DNA from: a virus
Lineage: Duplodnaviria; Caudoviricetes
Strand: one strand, 5' to 3'
Virus record (IMG/VR): IMGVR_UViG_3300025703_000007
Location: 1-52,540 of that record
DNA length: 52,540 nucleotides
A program made the position numbers and the translations under genes. This document shows positions 26,319-35,053 of this stretch, piece by piece. Below the pieces are notes generated by a model. The model saw only the letters and a program-made list of their open reading frames with translations, was not told the DNA's origin and did no database searches. The first letter of the stretch is position 1. Every line of letters begins with the position of its first letter.

Positions 26319-26537
26319 ATGACAACCAAAGCACCCGCTACACACCCTAACGAAAAAGCGCGGCTTGCTTTTGAACGGGGCGTCGGCCTCAAACGTGAAG
26401 GCATGCATCTGCTTGGATTGGTAGTGGCGGAATGGATGTCCGATCCTCAATCTGTCCAGTGCTTTGATTCGCGGATTGTTGAGCGAGCAATCAAAGTCAT
26501 CGCTGAATATGAGTGCCTACCCGAGATCGCAAAATGA
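26319..26537 (+). CDS. Hypothetical protein
   Basis: 72 aa; LVVAEWMSDPQSVQCFDSRIVER. Confidence 0.6.
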   Translation: MTTKAPATHPNEKARLAFERGVGLKREGMHLLGLVVAEWMSDPQSVQCFDSRIVERAIKVIAEYECLPEIAK

Positions 26538-26968
26538 CAACCAAAGCACAAGACGCGCTGCGCCGGCTCATTGATCAACAAGCTGAGTGCGAAGCCCTTT
26601 GGTTCGCGGCCAAACACGCATCTGAAGCGTATTTGCAGCAAGCTTTGCGCGATCTGCACTCGGTTGCTGAGCATGCCCTAGCCACCGAGCAAGCAGAGCT
26701 GACGCGCGAAGGTAACGTCAGCTTGCACGATAACAACGCGGATGTTATCGAACATCTGCGAGAGGCGTTGTTAGACGCTGTAGCAAATCTGACGGGAGCG
26801 GCGGACGCGTACAGAATCTATTGCAAGCGTCATATTTCACAGGGTAAAGCTGAAACAGACGCTTTCTTTTCGACTAGATGCGCTCAGTTTGACGCAGCCG
26901 TAGAGCGTGGTCACAAAGCTCTCGTATCCGACCGCGCAATCATCGCCGCATCGAAAGCTAAATCATGA
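26534..26968 (+). CDS. Hypothetical mosaic protein
   Basis: 144 aa from MTTKAQ; QQAECEALWF..SEAYLQQALRDLH. Confidence 0.6.
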   Translation: MTTKAQDALRRLIDQQAECEALWFAAKHASEAYLQQALRDLHSVAEHALATEQAELTREGNVSLHDNNADVIEHLREALLDAVANLTGAADAYRIYCKRHISQGKAETDAFFSTRCAQFDAAVERGHKALVSDRAIIAASKAKS

Positions 26969-27729
26969 CTAAAGATATTGAGCAGGTGCGCAGAGAGTTT
27001 GAAGAATATTGGGAACTCAAGAAGCATCCAATGTCAGAAGGTTTTGGTGATGATGAATGGGAGCCTGTTTGGCGCGGCTGGCTAGCACACGAAGATTTCA
27101 CTATGTCAAATAAGGATATGTTTTATATGAGCGTAGCTGGCGCGCGAATAGTATTCAAAATACTTGGAGACGCTCTCGCATCACGCCCAGTTGGTGACGA
27201 TCTGGCGCCAACTGGTGAGGGTTTGTCACCGGTTGAATGCCCGAACAAAGCATTTGGTCGTGTGTGCGGCGGGATGCTCGCGAGGCAAACACGTCCGCCA
27301 CAAGAATCACAGCCTGCGCAAGACGCCCAATCAACCCACATCGCACTGAGGCTCGCGCAAGCAGCACTCGGCGAAATGGCCTCATGCGCCGAGCCTGACT
27401 GCAGGGTTGTGCAAACTGAGTACCAACAGGAGGCGTTAAAGGCAATCAACGCGGCACTTGAACCAACTGTACGCCCTGATCGTACGGTTGAGGCGCAAGG
27501 CAGCGGGTATTGGGTTCACGGGCCGTTGACTGTACGCCCTGCGGTTGAGGCGCAAGACAGCGAGCGGCTGCGGGAGGCGTTGACCACGTTGTTGAGTCTA
27601 ATTGAGTCGGCTGGACTTAAAAATCTGACCAACGGAGTGCAACTAGGAGCAACTTCTTGGCACGTCAAGATGGACAGCGCAATTAAATATGCTGCAGACG
27701 CCCTCACCGGGGCCAGCCCTGGCAAATGA
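26965..27729 (+). CDS. Hypothetical mosaic protein with internal duplication
   Basis: 254 aa; TVRPDRTVEAQ / TVRPAVEAQ duplication at 27466 and 27529. Confidence 0.6.
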   Translation: MTKDIEQVRREFEEYWELKKHPMSEGFGDDEWEPVWRGWLAHEDFTMSNKDMFYMSVAGARIVFKILGDALASRPVGDDLAPTGEGLSPVECPNKAFGRVCGGMLARQTRPPQESQPAQDAQSTHIALRLAQAALGEMASCAEPDCRVVQTEYQQEALKAINAALEPTVRPDRTVEAQGSGYWVHGPLTVRPAVEAQDSERLREALTTLLSLIESAGLKNLTNGVQLGATSWHVKMDSAIKYAADALTGASPGK

Positions 27730-27937
27730 ACAACCAGACGTAAACGAGCAGCATGAGCGTTACCTGCTTGAACTTATCTCAAATATAGAAAAAGAGTATC
27801 GCGCCCGTGTGGAACCGCTAATAAATAGGTTGGCTGCTATTCGAGCATCAAGACCAATGCCGCCTATTTACGTTGAGATAGATAAATTAGACGACGAAAT
27901 GCGTAAGCAACTTGGGATTGAGTGCCATGGCAAATGA
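27719..27937 (+). CDS. Hypothetical protein (start uncertain; CTG in the repeat or ATG at 27689)
   Basis: (L)ANEQPDVNEQHERYLL...CHGK; flanked by TGGCAAATGAACAA repeats. Confidence 0.45.
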   Translation: MANEQPDVNEQHERYLLELISNIEKEYRARVEPLINRLAAIRASRPMPPIYVEIDKLDDEMRKQLGIECHGK

Positions 27938-27944
27938 ACAAACG

Positions 27945-28103
27945 CTACTTCGGTCGCGCTCGCTCAATGAGCTTACGAAGCCAAGCCATTCCATGCGCAT
28001 CGATCTTCGCCCACTGCGAGGCGGTCAGGCGGATCGATCGCAAAAGAAGCTTCTCTTCGTCGGGCGTCGGCGGCCTGCCGCGTGATCGTTTTGGCGTTTC
28101 CAT
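27945..28103 (-). CDS. Small RGRP/ribbon-helix-helix-type regulator (52 aa)
   Basis: Hand-read METPKRSRGRPPTPDEEKLLLRSIRLTASQWAKIDAHGMAWLRKLIERARPK. Confidence 0.7.
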   Translation of the reverse strand: METPKRSRGRPPTPDEEKLLLRSIRLTASQWAKIDAHGMAWLRKLIERARPK

Positions 28104-28110
28104 GCAATCG

Positions 28111-28172
28111 ATTGTACGTCATTTGATGTGGTACACAAAAGAGCTTGCGCAGTCTGTTTGTTGTGCTACAGT
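28111..28172. promoter_or_regulatory. Divergent promoter pair with TGTG-GTA-CACA palindrome
   Basis: Minus: TACAAT 7 nt before ATG 28103; plus: TTGCGC-16bp-TACAGT with extended TG; palindrome at 28127-28137. Confidence 0.55.
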
Positions 28173-28200
28173 AAATACGTCGACCAACCCGGGGCACAGC

Positions 28201-28335
28201 ATGTACACACTCGCTGGATTTACCGTCAACACCGCCGAGCAAGCCCGCACCATCCTGCTGATGGCGATGCTGAAGCGAGACCAGTCCTTGTCTGCCCAGG
28301 CGCACTGGGTGCTGAAGAAGCTGGGCGGCGTGTGA
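28201..28335 (+). CDS. Small hypothetical protein
   Basis: MYTLAGFTVNTAEQARTILLMAMLKRDQSLSAQAHWVLKKLGGV downstream of the promoter. Confidence 0.55.
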   Translation: MYTLAGFTVNTAEQARTILLMAMLKRDQSLSAQAHWVLKKLGGV

Positions 28336-28336
28336 C

Positions 28337-28816
28337 ATGACGGTGGCGAAAGCAAAGCAACTCGCCGCCATGCGCGACTCGGCGACCCGCTGGTTCCTGG
28401 CGCAGCAACTTGCCGAAGAAGAGGCGCGACAGGGCAGGCCCTTGACCAAGAACGAGCGGATGGCGTTCAAGGCAGGGCTGTATCGCGGAATGAATTTCGA
28501 CGTGTTCGACTGTCTAGATGCAGCCTATTCCAAGCCCCCCGCGGCTTTTGAGGTAGACACCATGGCAAATGAACAAGAGCTGCGAGAGGCGCTTGTTGCC
28601 GCTCTTCGCAAGGCTGCTCAAGAAATTGCCAACGCCAATTTATTCGGCTGGGGAAACGTATGCACCGATGCTGCAGATTACATCGAGCGCTTTGCCGCAT
28701 CCCCATCATTGCAAGTAGAGAGCGCAGCACTGCAAGACGTGGCCGCGGAGCGCCAACGTCAGCAAACGGTCGAGGGCTGGAGAATTTGGAAGTTGCCAAA
28801 GACGAACTGCTTTTAG
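28337..28816 (+). CDS. Hypothetical fusion ORF with internal restart MANEQ at 28562
   Basis: GAGG RBS before 28562; ends in a truncated DVAAERQRQ..EGW motif. Confidence 0.5.
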   Translation: MTVAKAKQLAAMRDSATRWFLAQQLAEEEARQGRPLTKNERMAFKAGLYRGMNFDVFDCLDAAYSKPPAAFEVDTMANEQELREALVAALRKAAQEIANANLFGWGNVCTDAADYIERFAASPSLQVESAALQDVAAERQRQQTVEGWRIWKLPKTNCF

Positions 28817-28905
28817 CAATCCAAATCTCACCTAAAGCATACGTTATGCTTGACCCGTTAATAAATCAAAAATGAGCTTCTATTACCCAAATCCAAGGAA
28901 AAATA

Positions 28906-29028
28906 ATGCTTATATTTATGTCACTAGTTGTGTTTACCGCAGTGGCCCTTGTTGCGATCGGGTGCCTCATTGGGGAAGAAATATCTCAAAGAATTAATAG
29001 GAAATTAGCACAGCGGCATAAAGAATGA
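28906..29028 (+). CDS. Small membrane peptide (40 aa)
   Basis: MLIFMSLVVFTAVALVAIGCLIGEEISQRINRKLAQRHKE; AAGGA RBS. Confidence 0.5.
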   Translation: MLIFMSLVVFTAVALVAIGCLIGEEISQRINRKLAQRHKE

Positions 29029-29126
29029 GCTTTTACGAATGGCTACTGGACATGACTTGCGTGACCGCAACGTGTTGCTCACCGTGGTTATTCGCTTGGT
29101 TTTGTAATAAGTTTGGAGCTAAATAA
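29025..29126 (+). CDS. Small Cys/Trp-rich peptide (33 aa)
   Basis: MSFYEWLLDMTCVTATCCSPWLFAWFCNKFGAK; ATGA-coupled. Confidence 0.35.
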   Translation: MSFYEWLLDMTCVTATCCSPWLFAWFCNKFGAK

Positions 29127-29142
29127 TTAACACCAAAAAGAA

Positions 29143-29176
29143 TTGAGAATCACAGACGGCAATCCGTGATTCTCAA
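29143..29176. other. Intergenic inverted repeat/hairpin
   Basis: TTGAGAATCAC-12nt-GTGATTCTCAA. Confidence 0.7.
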
Positions 29177-29227
29177 AGGGAGCCAGCCGGCTCGATTTTC
29201 CTCAACCGCGAAGTAAAGGAACATGCC

Positions 29228-29584
29228 ATGAGCACGTCAGCAGTTATTTTAACTTGCTTGGTCGTCAACATCCCCTACGGGACAGCACTTCAGATGAAAT
29301 GCTTAAACCAAACGCAAGAAATCACGATGCACGTCAGTCAAGTGGAGAAATCCACTCCGGTGCCTTTTGCACTGACAGACGAAGCCGTCGCAAAACGCGT
29401 GCTCTGGAACGAGTGCTCGCAGAAAACGGTGGCGTTGATCATCGGTCGTTCTAACGAGCACGATGAGCGCCCCGCAAGTGTGACGTGCGGAGGCCCGGCT
29501 TGGGAGACAACCTACACAGTCCACGGTCAAATCGTGGACGCTAAGAGGGCGGATGCCCAAGTCCGGACGAGGTTTCCTGAGTGA
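29228..29584 (+). CDS. Hypothetical protein
   Basis: 118 aa, AAGGA RBS. Confidence 0.5.
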   Translation: MSTSAVILTCLVVNIPYGTALQMKCLNQTQEITMHVSQVEKSTPVPFALTDEAVAKRVLWNECSQKTVALIIGRSNEHDERPASVTCGGPAWETTYTVHGQIVDAKRADAQVRTRFPE

Positions 29585-29778
29585 CCGATACCCCGAAGAA
29601 AACCGTTTACTTGAAGTGCGATGACTGCGGCGCAACGTTCGGGCAAGGCGAAGGCTTTACGGAAGCTGACGCCTTGCGTGCTGCAGCACGTCAACAAGGT
29701 TGGTGGCGGGCCTCGGCGTATTCAAAACCCGTTGATCTTTGCCCAAAGTGCCCAGTGGCTTTCGTAAAAATAGAATAG
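29581..29778 (+). CDS. Small zinc-ribbon protein
   Basis: CDDC...AARQQGW...DLCPKC. Confidence 0.7.
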   Translation: MTDTPKKTVYLKCDDCGATFGQGEGFTEADALRAAARQQGWWRASAYSKPVDLCPKCPVAFVKIE

Positions 29779-29786
29779 AACAAGCT

Positions 29787-32018
29787 GTGCATAACCTTTG
29801 GCTCGACACCGAAACGTACTGCGAGACGCCGATCAAACACGGCACGTACAAATACGCAGAAAAAGCCGAAGTCATGCTCATAAGCTGGGCCGTCGATGAC
29901 GAAGAGCCCAAGGTTTGGGATCGCACATTCGACCCTCGGATGCCCAATTGGCTTGGCGATGCACTCAACAGCCAAGAGGTGCTTGTCTGGTTCCAAAACG
30001 GAGACAAGTTCGACTGGCCGGTCATTGAGCGCGCGATGCCTTGGCTCGCTGACTGGGTGCCCCAGCATCGACGACGTGACACGATGGTGCAAGCTTACTG
30101 CCACAGCTTGCCGGGCAACCTCGAGATGATGGCTGATGCCCTCGGCGTGGCTACAGACAAGCGCAAGCTCAAGACCGGCCGCGATCTCATCCGGCTGTTC
30201 TGCATGCCACGTAAAGACAAGCCGCGCGCTACGCGGCTCACGCACCCCGAAGAGTGGGAACAGTTCAAAGCCTACGCAACGCAAGACATCGTCGCGATGC
30301 GCGAGTGTCAACGCCGCATGCCGGCATGGAATTACCACGGCAAACAACTCGAACTCTGGTTTCTTGACCAGAAAGTCAATGCCCGCGGTATGTGCATGGA
30401 TGTCGATCTCGCTGAGGCCGCAGTGCGCGCCAGCGAGATCTCAAAAACCAAGCTTGCTGCGCAAACCCTCGAGATGACCGACGGCGCTGTTGCCTCAGCG
30501 ACGCAGCGTGACGAGATGCTGGCGCACATCCTCGCGTCTTACAACATCACGCTGCCCGACATGCAGGCCGCAACACTTGAGCGCCGTATCCAGGACGAGA
30601 GTTTGCCCGAGGCGTTGCGTGAGTTGCTGCGTGTGCGTCTGCAGAGCACCACCTCGAGCGTCGCTAAGTACAGCGCGCTGCTGCGCGGCGTGAATAGCGA
30701 CGGTTGGTTGCGTGGGTGTCAGCAGTTCCGCGGCGCCATGCGCACCGGCCGCGTGGGCCACCGCCTTTTTCAGCCGGGCAACATGCCACGGCCCGACATG
30801 CCAGCGAGTGAGATCGCGTGGGCGATCGAGTTGCTTAAGCTCAACGCTGCGCACCTCGTTTTCCCGAACGTGATGCGTGTGTGCAGCAACGCGATCCGCG
30901 GCGCCATCATCGCGCCGCCGGGGCACAAGCTGGTCGTTGCTGACTTGGCCAACATCGAAGGCCGAGTGGCAGCGTGGCTTGCCGGTGAAGATTGGAAGCT
31001 GCAAGCATTTCGAAACTGTGACGCGGGCACCGGTCCTGACCTGTACGTGCTCGCATACGCAAGCAGTTTCAACGTCGACCCAAGCACCGTTGGCAAAGGC
31101 CCGAAACGGCAAATCGGCAAAGTCCAAGAGTTGATGTTTCAGTACGGCGGCGGCGTTGGAGCGTGGATCACCGGAGCCGCGACTTACGGTATCGACTTGG
31201 ACCAGATGACCGAGCAAGTATGGGACACGTTGCCCAAGTGGGCACGCGATGAAGCCGAGCAGTACATGCGGTATTTGCATGAGCCGGCAATTGCTGCTTA
31301 TACGAAAGACTTAGAAAAAATTGAGAAGCACTTAAACGCTTGGAAGCTTAGCGCGGCGGAAGTAGACCACCTCATTGGTATTGCTGACGCTCTCTGCGAT
31401 GAACGCAGACTCAAAGCCCAGCATCTCTTGCCCGAACGCACGTTCATTGCGTGTGACGCTATCAAACGACTCTGGCGCAAGGCTAACCCTACCATCAGCT
31501 CGTATTGGAAAGAGCTTGAAATTGCAGTGCATACCGCCATCGATAATCCTGGCACGCAGCTCGAATGTCGTAAACTCAAAGTCAGACGCGACGGCGCGTG
31601 GCTGCGTATCGGGTTGCCCAGCGGTCGTGCGCTCTGCTATCCACATTCTGGTTGGGACGTTGTTGTCACCAAGCAAGACGGCACGAAGAAAACGTACCCC
31701 GGCTTCAGTTACATGGGCCTTGATCAGTCCACCAAAAAGTGGCAGCGCATCGGCTCATACGGCGGCAAAGTTTTTGAGAACGTAACACAAGCAGTTGCTT
31801 GTGATCAGTTGCTCGAATGCGGCCCATTGATCGATGAAGCCGGATTCGATATCGTGATGAGTGTCCACGATGACTATCTCACTTACGCACCTCTCGATCG
31901 ACCCGATTTGAACGCTGATCATCTCGGCGGACTTATGTGCGCCGATCTTGGCTGGAACGCCGGGTTGCCGCTCGCCGCTGCCGGGTTTGAGGCTCAACGT
32001 TACGCAAAAAAGGATTGA
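29787..32018 (+). CDS. DNA polymerase family A with 3'-5' exonuclease
   Basis: LWLDTET, YATQD, ADLANIEGR (motif A), RQIGKVQELMFQYG (B), VHDD (C). Confidence 0.92.
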   Translation: MHNLWLDTETYCETPIKHGTYKYAEKAEVMLISWAVDDEEPKVWDRTFDPRMPNWLGDALNSQEVLVWFQNGDKFDWPVIERAMPWLADWVPQHRRRDTMVQAYCHSLPGNLEMMADALGVATDKRKLKTGRDLIRLFCMPRKDKPRATRLTHPEEWEQFKAYATQDIVAMRECQRRMPAWNYHGKQLELWFLDQKVNARGMCMDVDLAEAAVRASEISKTKLAAQTLEMTDGAVASATQRDEMLAHILASYNITLPDMQAATLERRIQDESLPEALRELLRVRLQSTTSSVAKYSALLRGVNSDGWLRGCQQFRGAMRTGRVGHRLFQPGNMPRPDMPASEIAWAIELLKLNAAHLVFPNVMRVCSNAIRGAIIAPPGHKLVVADLANIEGRVAAWLAGEDWKLQAFRNCDAGTGPDLYVLAYASSFNVDPSTVGKGPKRQIGKVQELMFQYGGGVGAWITGAATYGIDLDQMTEQVWDTLPKWARDEAEQYMRYLHEPAIAAYTKDLEKIEKHLNAWKLSAAEVDHLIGIADALCDERRLKAQHLLPERTFIACDAIKRLWRKANPTISSYWKELEIAVHTAIDNPGTQLECRKLKVRRDGAWLRIGLPSGRALCYPHSGWDVVVTKQDGTKKTYPGFSYMGLDQSTKKWQRIGSYGGKVFENVTQAVACDQLLECGPLIDEAGFDIVMSVHDDYLTYAPLDRPDLNADHLGGLMCADLGWNAGLPLAAAGFEAQRYAKKD

Positions 32019-32290
32019 GCATGCGTGAATCCAATATTCGTGAAGCACTCACAGCTCGCATTAAAAGCTACGGCGGCGAAGAACGTGCGTTGAAATACCT
32101 CGGCCGCAACAACTGCCCCGACGTGCTGGTTTTACTATCTTCAAGGCACCTCCTGGTTGAGACAAAGAGGCCGAAGAAAAAAGCAACTGAAGCCCAAGCT
32201 CGTGAGCACGACCGCTTACGACGTGCTGGGTTCCATGTGTTCGTAATCACGACCCTTGAAGAGCTTGATAGCCGGTTTCCGCCGGTATGA
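32015..32290 (+). CDS. VRR-NUC nuclease
   Basis: MRESNI..PDVLV..VETKRP..Q.REH..LR..GFHVFV. Confidence 0.85.
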   Translation: MSMRESNIREALTARIKSYGGEERALKYLGRNNCPDVLVLLSSRHLLVETKRPKKKATEAQAREHDRLRRAGFHVFVITTLEELDSRFPPV

Positions 32291-33720
32291 AAGACTTCGT
32301 TCCGCGACCGTGGCAGCTTCCAGCAATTGATCACATCCTGAAACACAAGCGCTGCGCCCTTTGGCTACCCATGGGCAGCGGCAAGACTTCAATCGTGCTC
32401 ACGGCACTCGATATCCTCTCTCTGACCGAAGGCGACGTGTGGCCGGCGCTTGCAATCGGGCCTTTGCGCGTCGCGCGCAAGGTGTGGCGGGAAGAGGTTG
32501 CCAAGTGGACGCATACAAGTGGAATTCGTGTGCGTCAAATCATCGGTACTGCAAAAGAGCGCATGGCAGCATTGAATGGCGAAGCCGAGCTTTTCGTCAT
32601 CAACTACGAGAACATCGTTTGGTTCCTGAAGCAGTTTGAAAAGCACCCGTGGCCGTTCAAAACGATCATCCCTGATGAGAGTCGCAAGCTCAAAGCCTAT
32701 CGTATAAAACAAGGCGGCGTGATGACCGCAGCACTCGCAAAAGTCGCGTGGAAATCAGAGCGTTTTATCGAGCTCACCGGCACACCGAGTCCCCTTGGCT
32801 TGCAAGACCTATGGGGGCAACTCTGGTTCTTAGATCAGGGGAAACGATTAGGTCGCACCTACTCAGAATTCGATCACCGCTGGTTCGGCTATAAGCGCGT
32901 GCGAGACGCCTTATCAAAGTCCCCGAGCATCGTAGCGGTGATCCAAAAGGGAGCTGATGAAGAGATCCATGAGCGCGTTAAAGATCTCTGCTTATCGATT
33001 GATTTGAAAGACTATTTAGACATCAAAAAACCGGTGCAACGTTCGGTGATGATCGAGTTACCGGCGCATGCCCGCAAACTCTACAACCAGATGGAGCGCG
33101 AGTTGTTCATCAAGATCGAACAGCACGAAATCGAAGCTTTTTCGGCGGCTTCCAAGACGATAAAGCTCATGCAAATCGCGAACGGCGCTTGCTACTTGGA
33201 TGAAGATGTGATGAACGATGACGACCCACGCGCTCGCGCTTGGAAAACCGTACATGACGCCAAAATCAACGCTCTCGAAAGCGTCGTCGATGAGGCAGGC
33301 GGCACACCGGTACTCGTGGCCTATCAATTCAAAAGCGACCTTGCTCGGTTGCTCAAAGCTTTCCCAAAAGGTCGGCAGCTTAAAACCGAAAAAGACGAGG
33401 ATGACTTCAAAGCCGGCCTTATCCCGATGCTGTTCGCCCACCCAAAAAGTGCAGGCCACGGTATTGACGGCTTTCAAAATGTGACCAGCGTGATCGCGTT
33501 CTTCGGTCACTCATGGGATCTAGAGTTGCGTCAACAAATGATCGAGCGCATCGGCCCAACACGGCAGATGCAGAGCGGTTTTGACCGCTTGGTTTTTGTC
33601 TACGATATCGTGGCCGAAGATACGATCGATGAAGTGGTGCTCGCTCGACACGAGTCGAAACGTGCAGTGCAAGATCTTCTCTTGGACGCTGTGAAAGCAA
33701 AAGCCTATGCCACGCTATAG
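32287..33720 (+). CDS. SNF2-family helicase
   Basis: MGSGKT, INYEN, DES, LTGTP, HPKSAGHG, QMIERIG. Confidence 0.9.
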   Translation: MKDFVPRPWQLPAIDHILKHKRCALWLPMGSGKTSIVLTALDILSLTEGDVWPALAIGPLRVARKVWREEVAKWTHTSGIRVRQIIGTAKERMAALNGEAELFVINYENIVWFLKQFEKHPWPFKTIIPDESRKLKAYRIKQGGVMTAALAKVAWKSERFIELTGTPSPLGLQDLWGQLWFLDQGKRLGRTYSEFDHRWFGYKRVRDALSKSPSIVAVIQKGADEEIHERVKDLCLSIDLKDYLDIKKPVQRSVMIELPAHARKLYNQMERELFIKIEQHEIEAFSAASKTIKLMQIANGACYLDEDVMNDDDPRARAWKTVHDAKINALESVVDEAGGTPVLVAYQFKSDLARLLKAFPKGRQLKTEKDEDDFKAGLIPMLFAHPKSAGHGIDGFQNVTSVIAFFGHSWDLELRQQMIERIGPTRQMQSGFDRLVFVYDIVAEDTIDEVVLARHESKRAVQDLLLDAVKAKAYATL

Positions 33721-34138
33721 CAGCCTTTTTGACCGCCTACTCGCCAACTCAATCGAGGATGAGAAAACGGGTTGCTGGCTTTGGATCGGGGCTCACCGCA
33801 AAGGTTACCCACGTTTGACGATGCGCCGACCGGGGATATCTCACCCTTCTCGAATTGCTGCGCATCGTGCAATGGCCGAGTTGGTTGTGCAGCGTGTTTT
33901 GCACCCGGTTGAAGAGACGATTGAACACACTTGCCTCAACACTGCTTGTATCAATCCGCTGCACTTCGCACTTGCTTCAAACTCGGAGAACGTAGCCGAC
34001 ATGAATGCTCGCCGCTTTGGCAAGCAACGCAGGGTATTCAAGCCTTTAGTTGACCCGACTCTCTACATCGTTGACCCACTTGTGCGGTCGCTGCCAACGC
34101 TTCGATCCGAAGCTCTCCATCAGGAGTGCCCATTTTGA
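33707..34138 (+). CDS. HNH endonuclease
   Basis: CWLWIG..GY..AHR..HTCLNTACINPLH..EN. Confidence 0.8.
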   Translation: MPRYSSLFDRLLANSIEDEKTGCWLWIGAHRKGYPRLTMRRPGISHPSRIAAHRAMAELVVQRVLHPVEETIEHTCLNTACINPLHFALASNSENVADMNARRFGKQRRVFKPLVDPTLYIVDPLVRSLPTLRSEALHQECPF

Positions 34139-34455
34139 ATATTGATGAACGCTCGCGTTGCCACAGTTGCAGCGCTCCCTTCGGGGGACAACATGCAGTT
34201 AACTGCCTCAGTATGGCTAACGGAATCGAAAGCGCCCCGGCGCTCAGCAAGCAAGAAGGCGGCGACCACTACAAAAAGCTTGCGATCCAACCGATCGAGT
34301 ACATCAACCAAAACGGACTTGGCTTCTGCGAAGGCAACGTCGTCAAGTACGTGACCCGGTGGCGTGACAAGGCCGGTATCGAAGATCTCAAAAAAGCCAA
34401 GCACTACGTGGAATTACTTATCGATTTCGAGACCCGCAAAACCGATAGCACGTGA
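34126..34455 (+). CDS. DUF3310 / T7 gp1.7-like nucleotide kinase
   Basis: QEGGDHYKK..QPIEYI..FCEGNVVKYVTRW.DK.GIEDLKKAKHY; start uncertain. Confidence 0.8.
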   Translation: MPILNIDERSRCHSCSAPFGGQHAVNCLSMANGIESAPALSKQEGGDHYKKLAIQPIEYINQNGLGFCEGNVVKYVTRWRDKAGIEDLKKAKHYVELLIDFETRKTDST

Positions 34456-34461
34456 TACAGT
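34445..34461 (+). promoter_or_regulatory. Operator site 5 overlapping an extended -10; possible leaderless promoter of glycan operon
   Basis: ATAGCACGTGATAC (reverse complement GTATCACGTGCTAT); TG-A-TACAGT 7 nt before ATG 34469; no RBS. Confidence 0.5.
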
Positions 34462-34468
34462 TGGCTGC

Positions 34469-35053
34469 ATGACAACGACAGCCATTGTGCTCGCCAGCGG
34501 CCCTAGTCTCACAGCCGAGCAGATTGCAGCTGCCAAAGCTTCCGGCCATTTCACTATCGTCGTTAACGGCACATACAAGTCGATGCTGGATGCTGATGCG
34601 ATGTACGCAGGCGACTTTCTTTTTTGGAAGATCAATTTCGCTGACGCGATCAAGACTTTCAAAGGCAAGCTTTGGACTCAAGACAACAGCGCTGCAGCCC
34701 GCTGGCCGAAGCTCAACCGCATTCGCGGCACGAACCGCGACGGCCTCGGCAAAGACATGATTCACCTTGGCGGTAACTCAGGCTACCAAGCCATCAACGC
34801 TGCGTACATCTGGGGCTACCGTCGCATCATCCTCCTCGGTTTCGATATGAAGCTCGGGCCAAAAGGCGAGAAGCACCACCACCCTGATCACCCGGCACCG
34901 CTCGTGCAAGCGCAGGTTTTTGGCGAGTGGATTCACAAGATGCAGAAGTTTTCCAAAGACCTGAAAGCCGCAGGTTGCGAAGTGCTCAACGCGACACCGG
35001 GCTCAGCTCTGACTTGCTTCCCGGCGGTTGACTGGCGTGAAGTGCTGAAGTGA
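34469..35053 (+). CDS. Maf/DUF115/sialyltransferase-like fold glycosyltransferase candidate
   Basis: IVLASGPSL, IVVN, GNSGYQAINAA..GYRRIILLGFD, VLNAT. Confidence 0.6.
   Translation: MTTTAIVLASGPSLTAEQIAAAKASGHFTIVVNGTYKSMLDADAMYAGDFLFWKINFADAIKTFKGKLWTQDNSAAARWPKLNRIRGTNRDGLGKDMIHLGGNSGYQAINAAYIWGYRRIILLGFDMKLGPKGEKHHHPDHPAPLVQAQVFGEWIHKMQKFSKDLKAAGCEVLNATPGSALTCFPAVDWREVLK

Noticed and set aside
27922-28200. N-terminal part of the 137-aa ORF 27922-28335
   Set aside because: Overlaps a better antisense regulator gene and promoter region; real start is likely 28201
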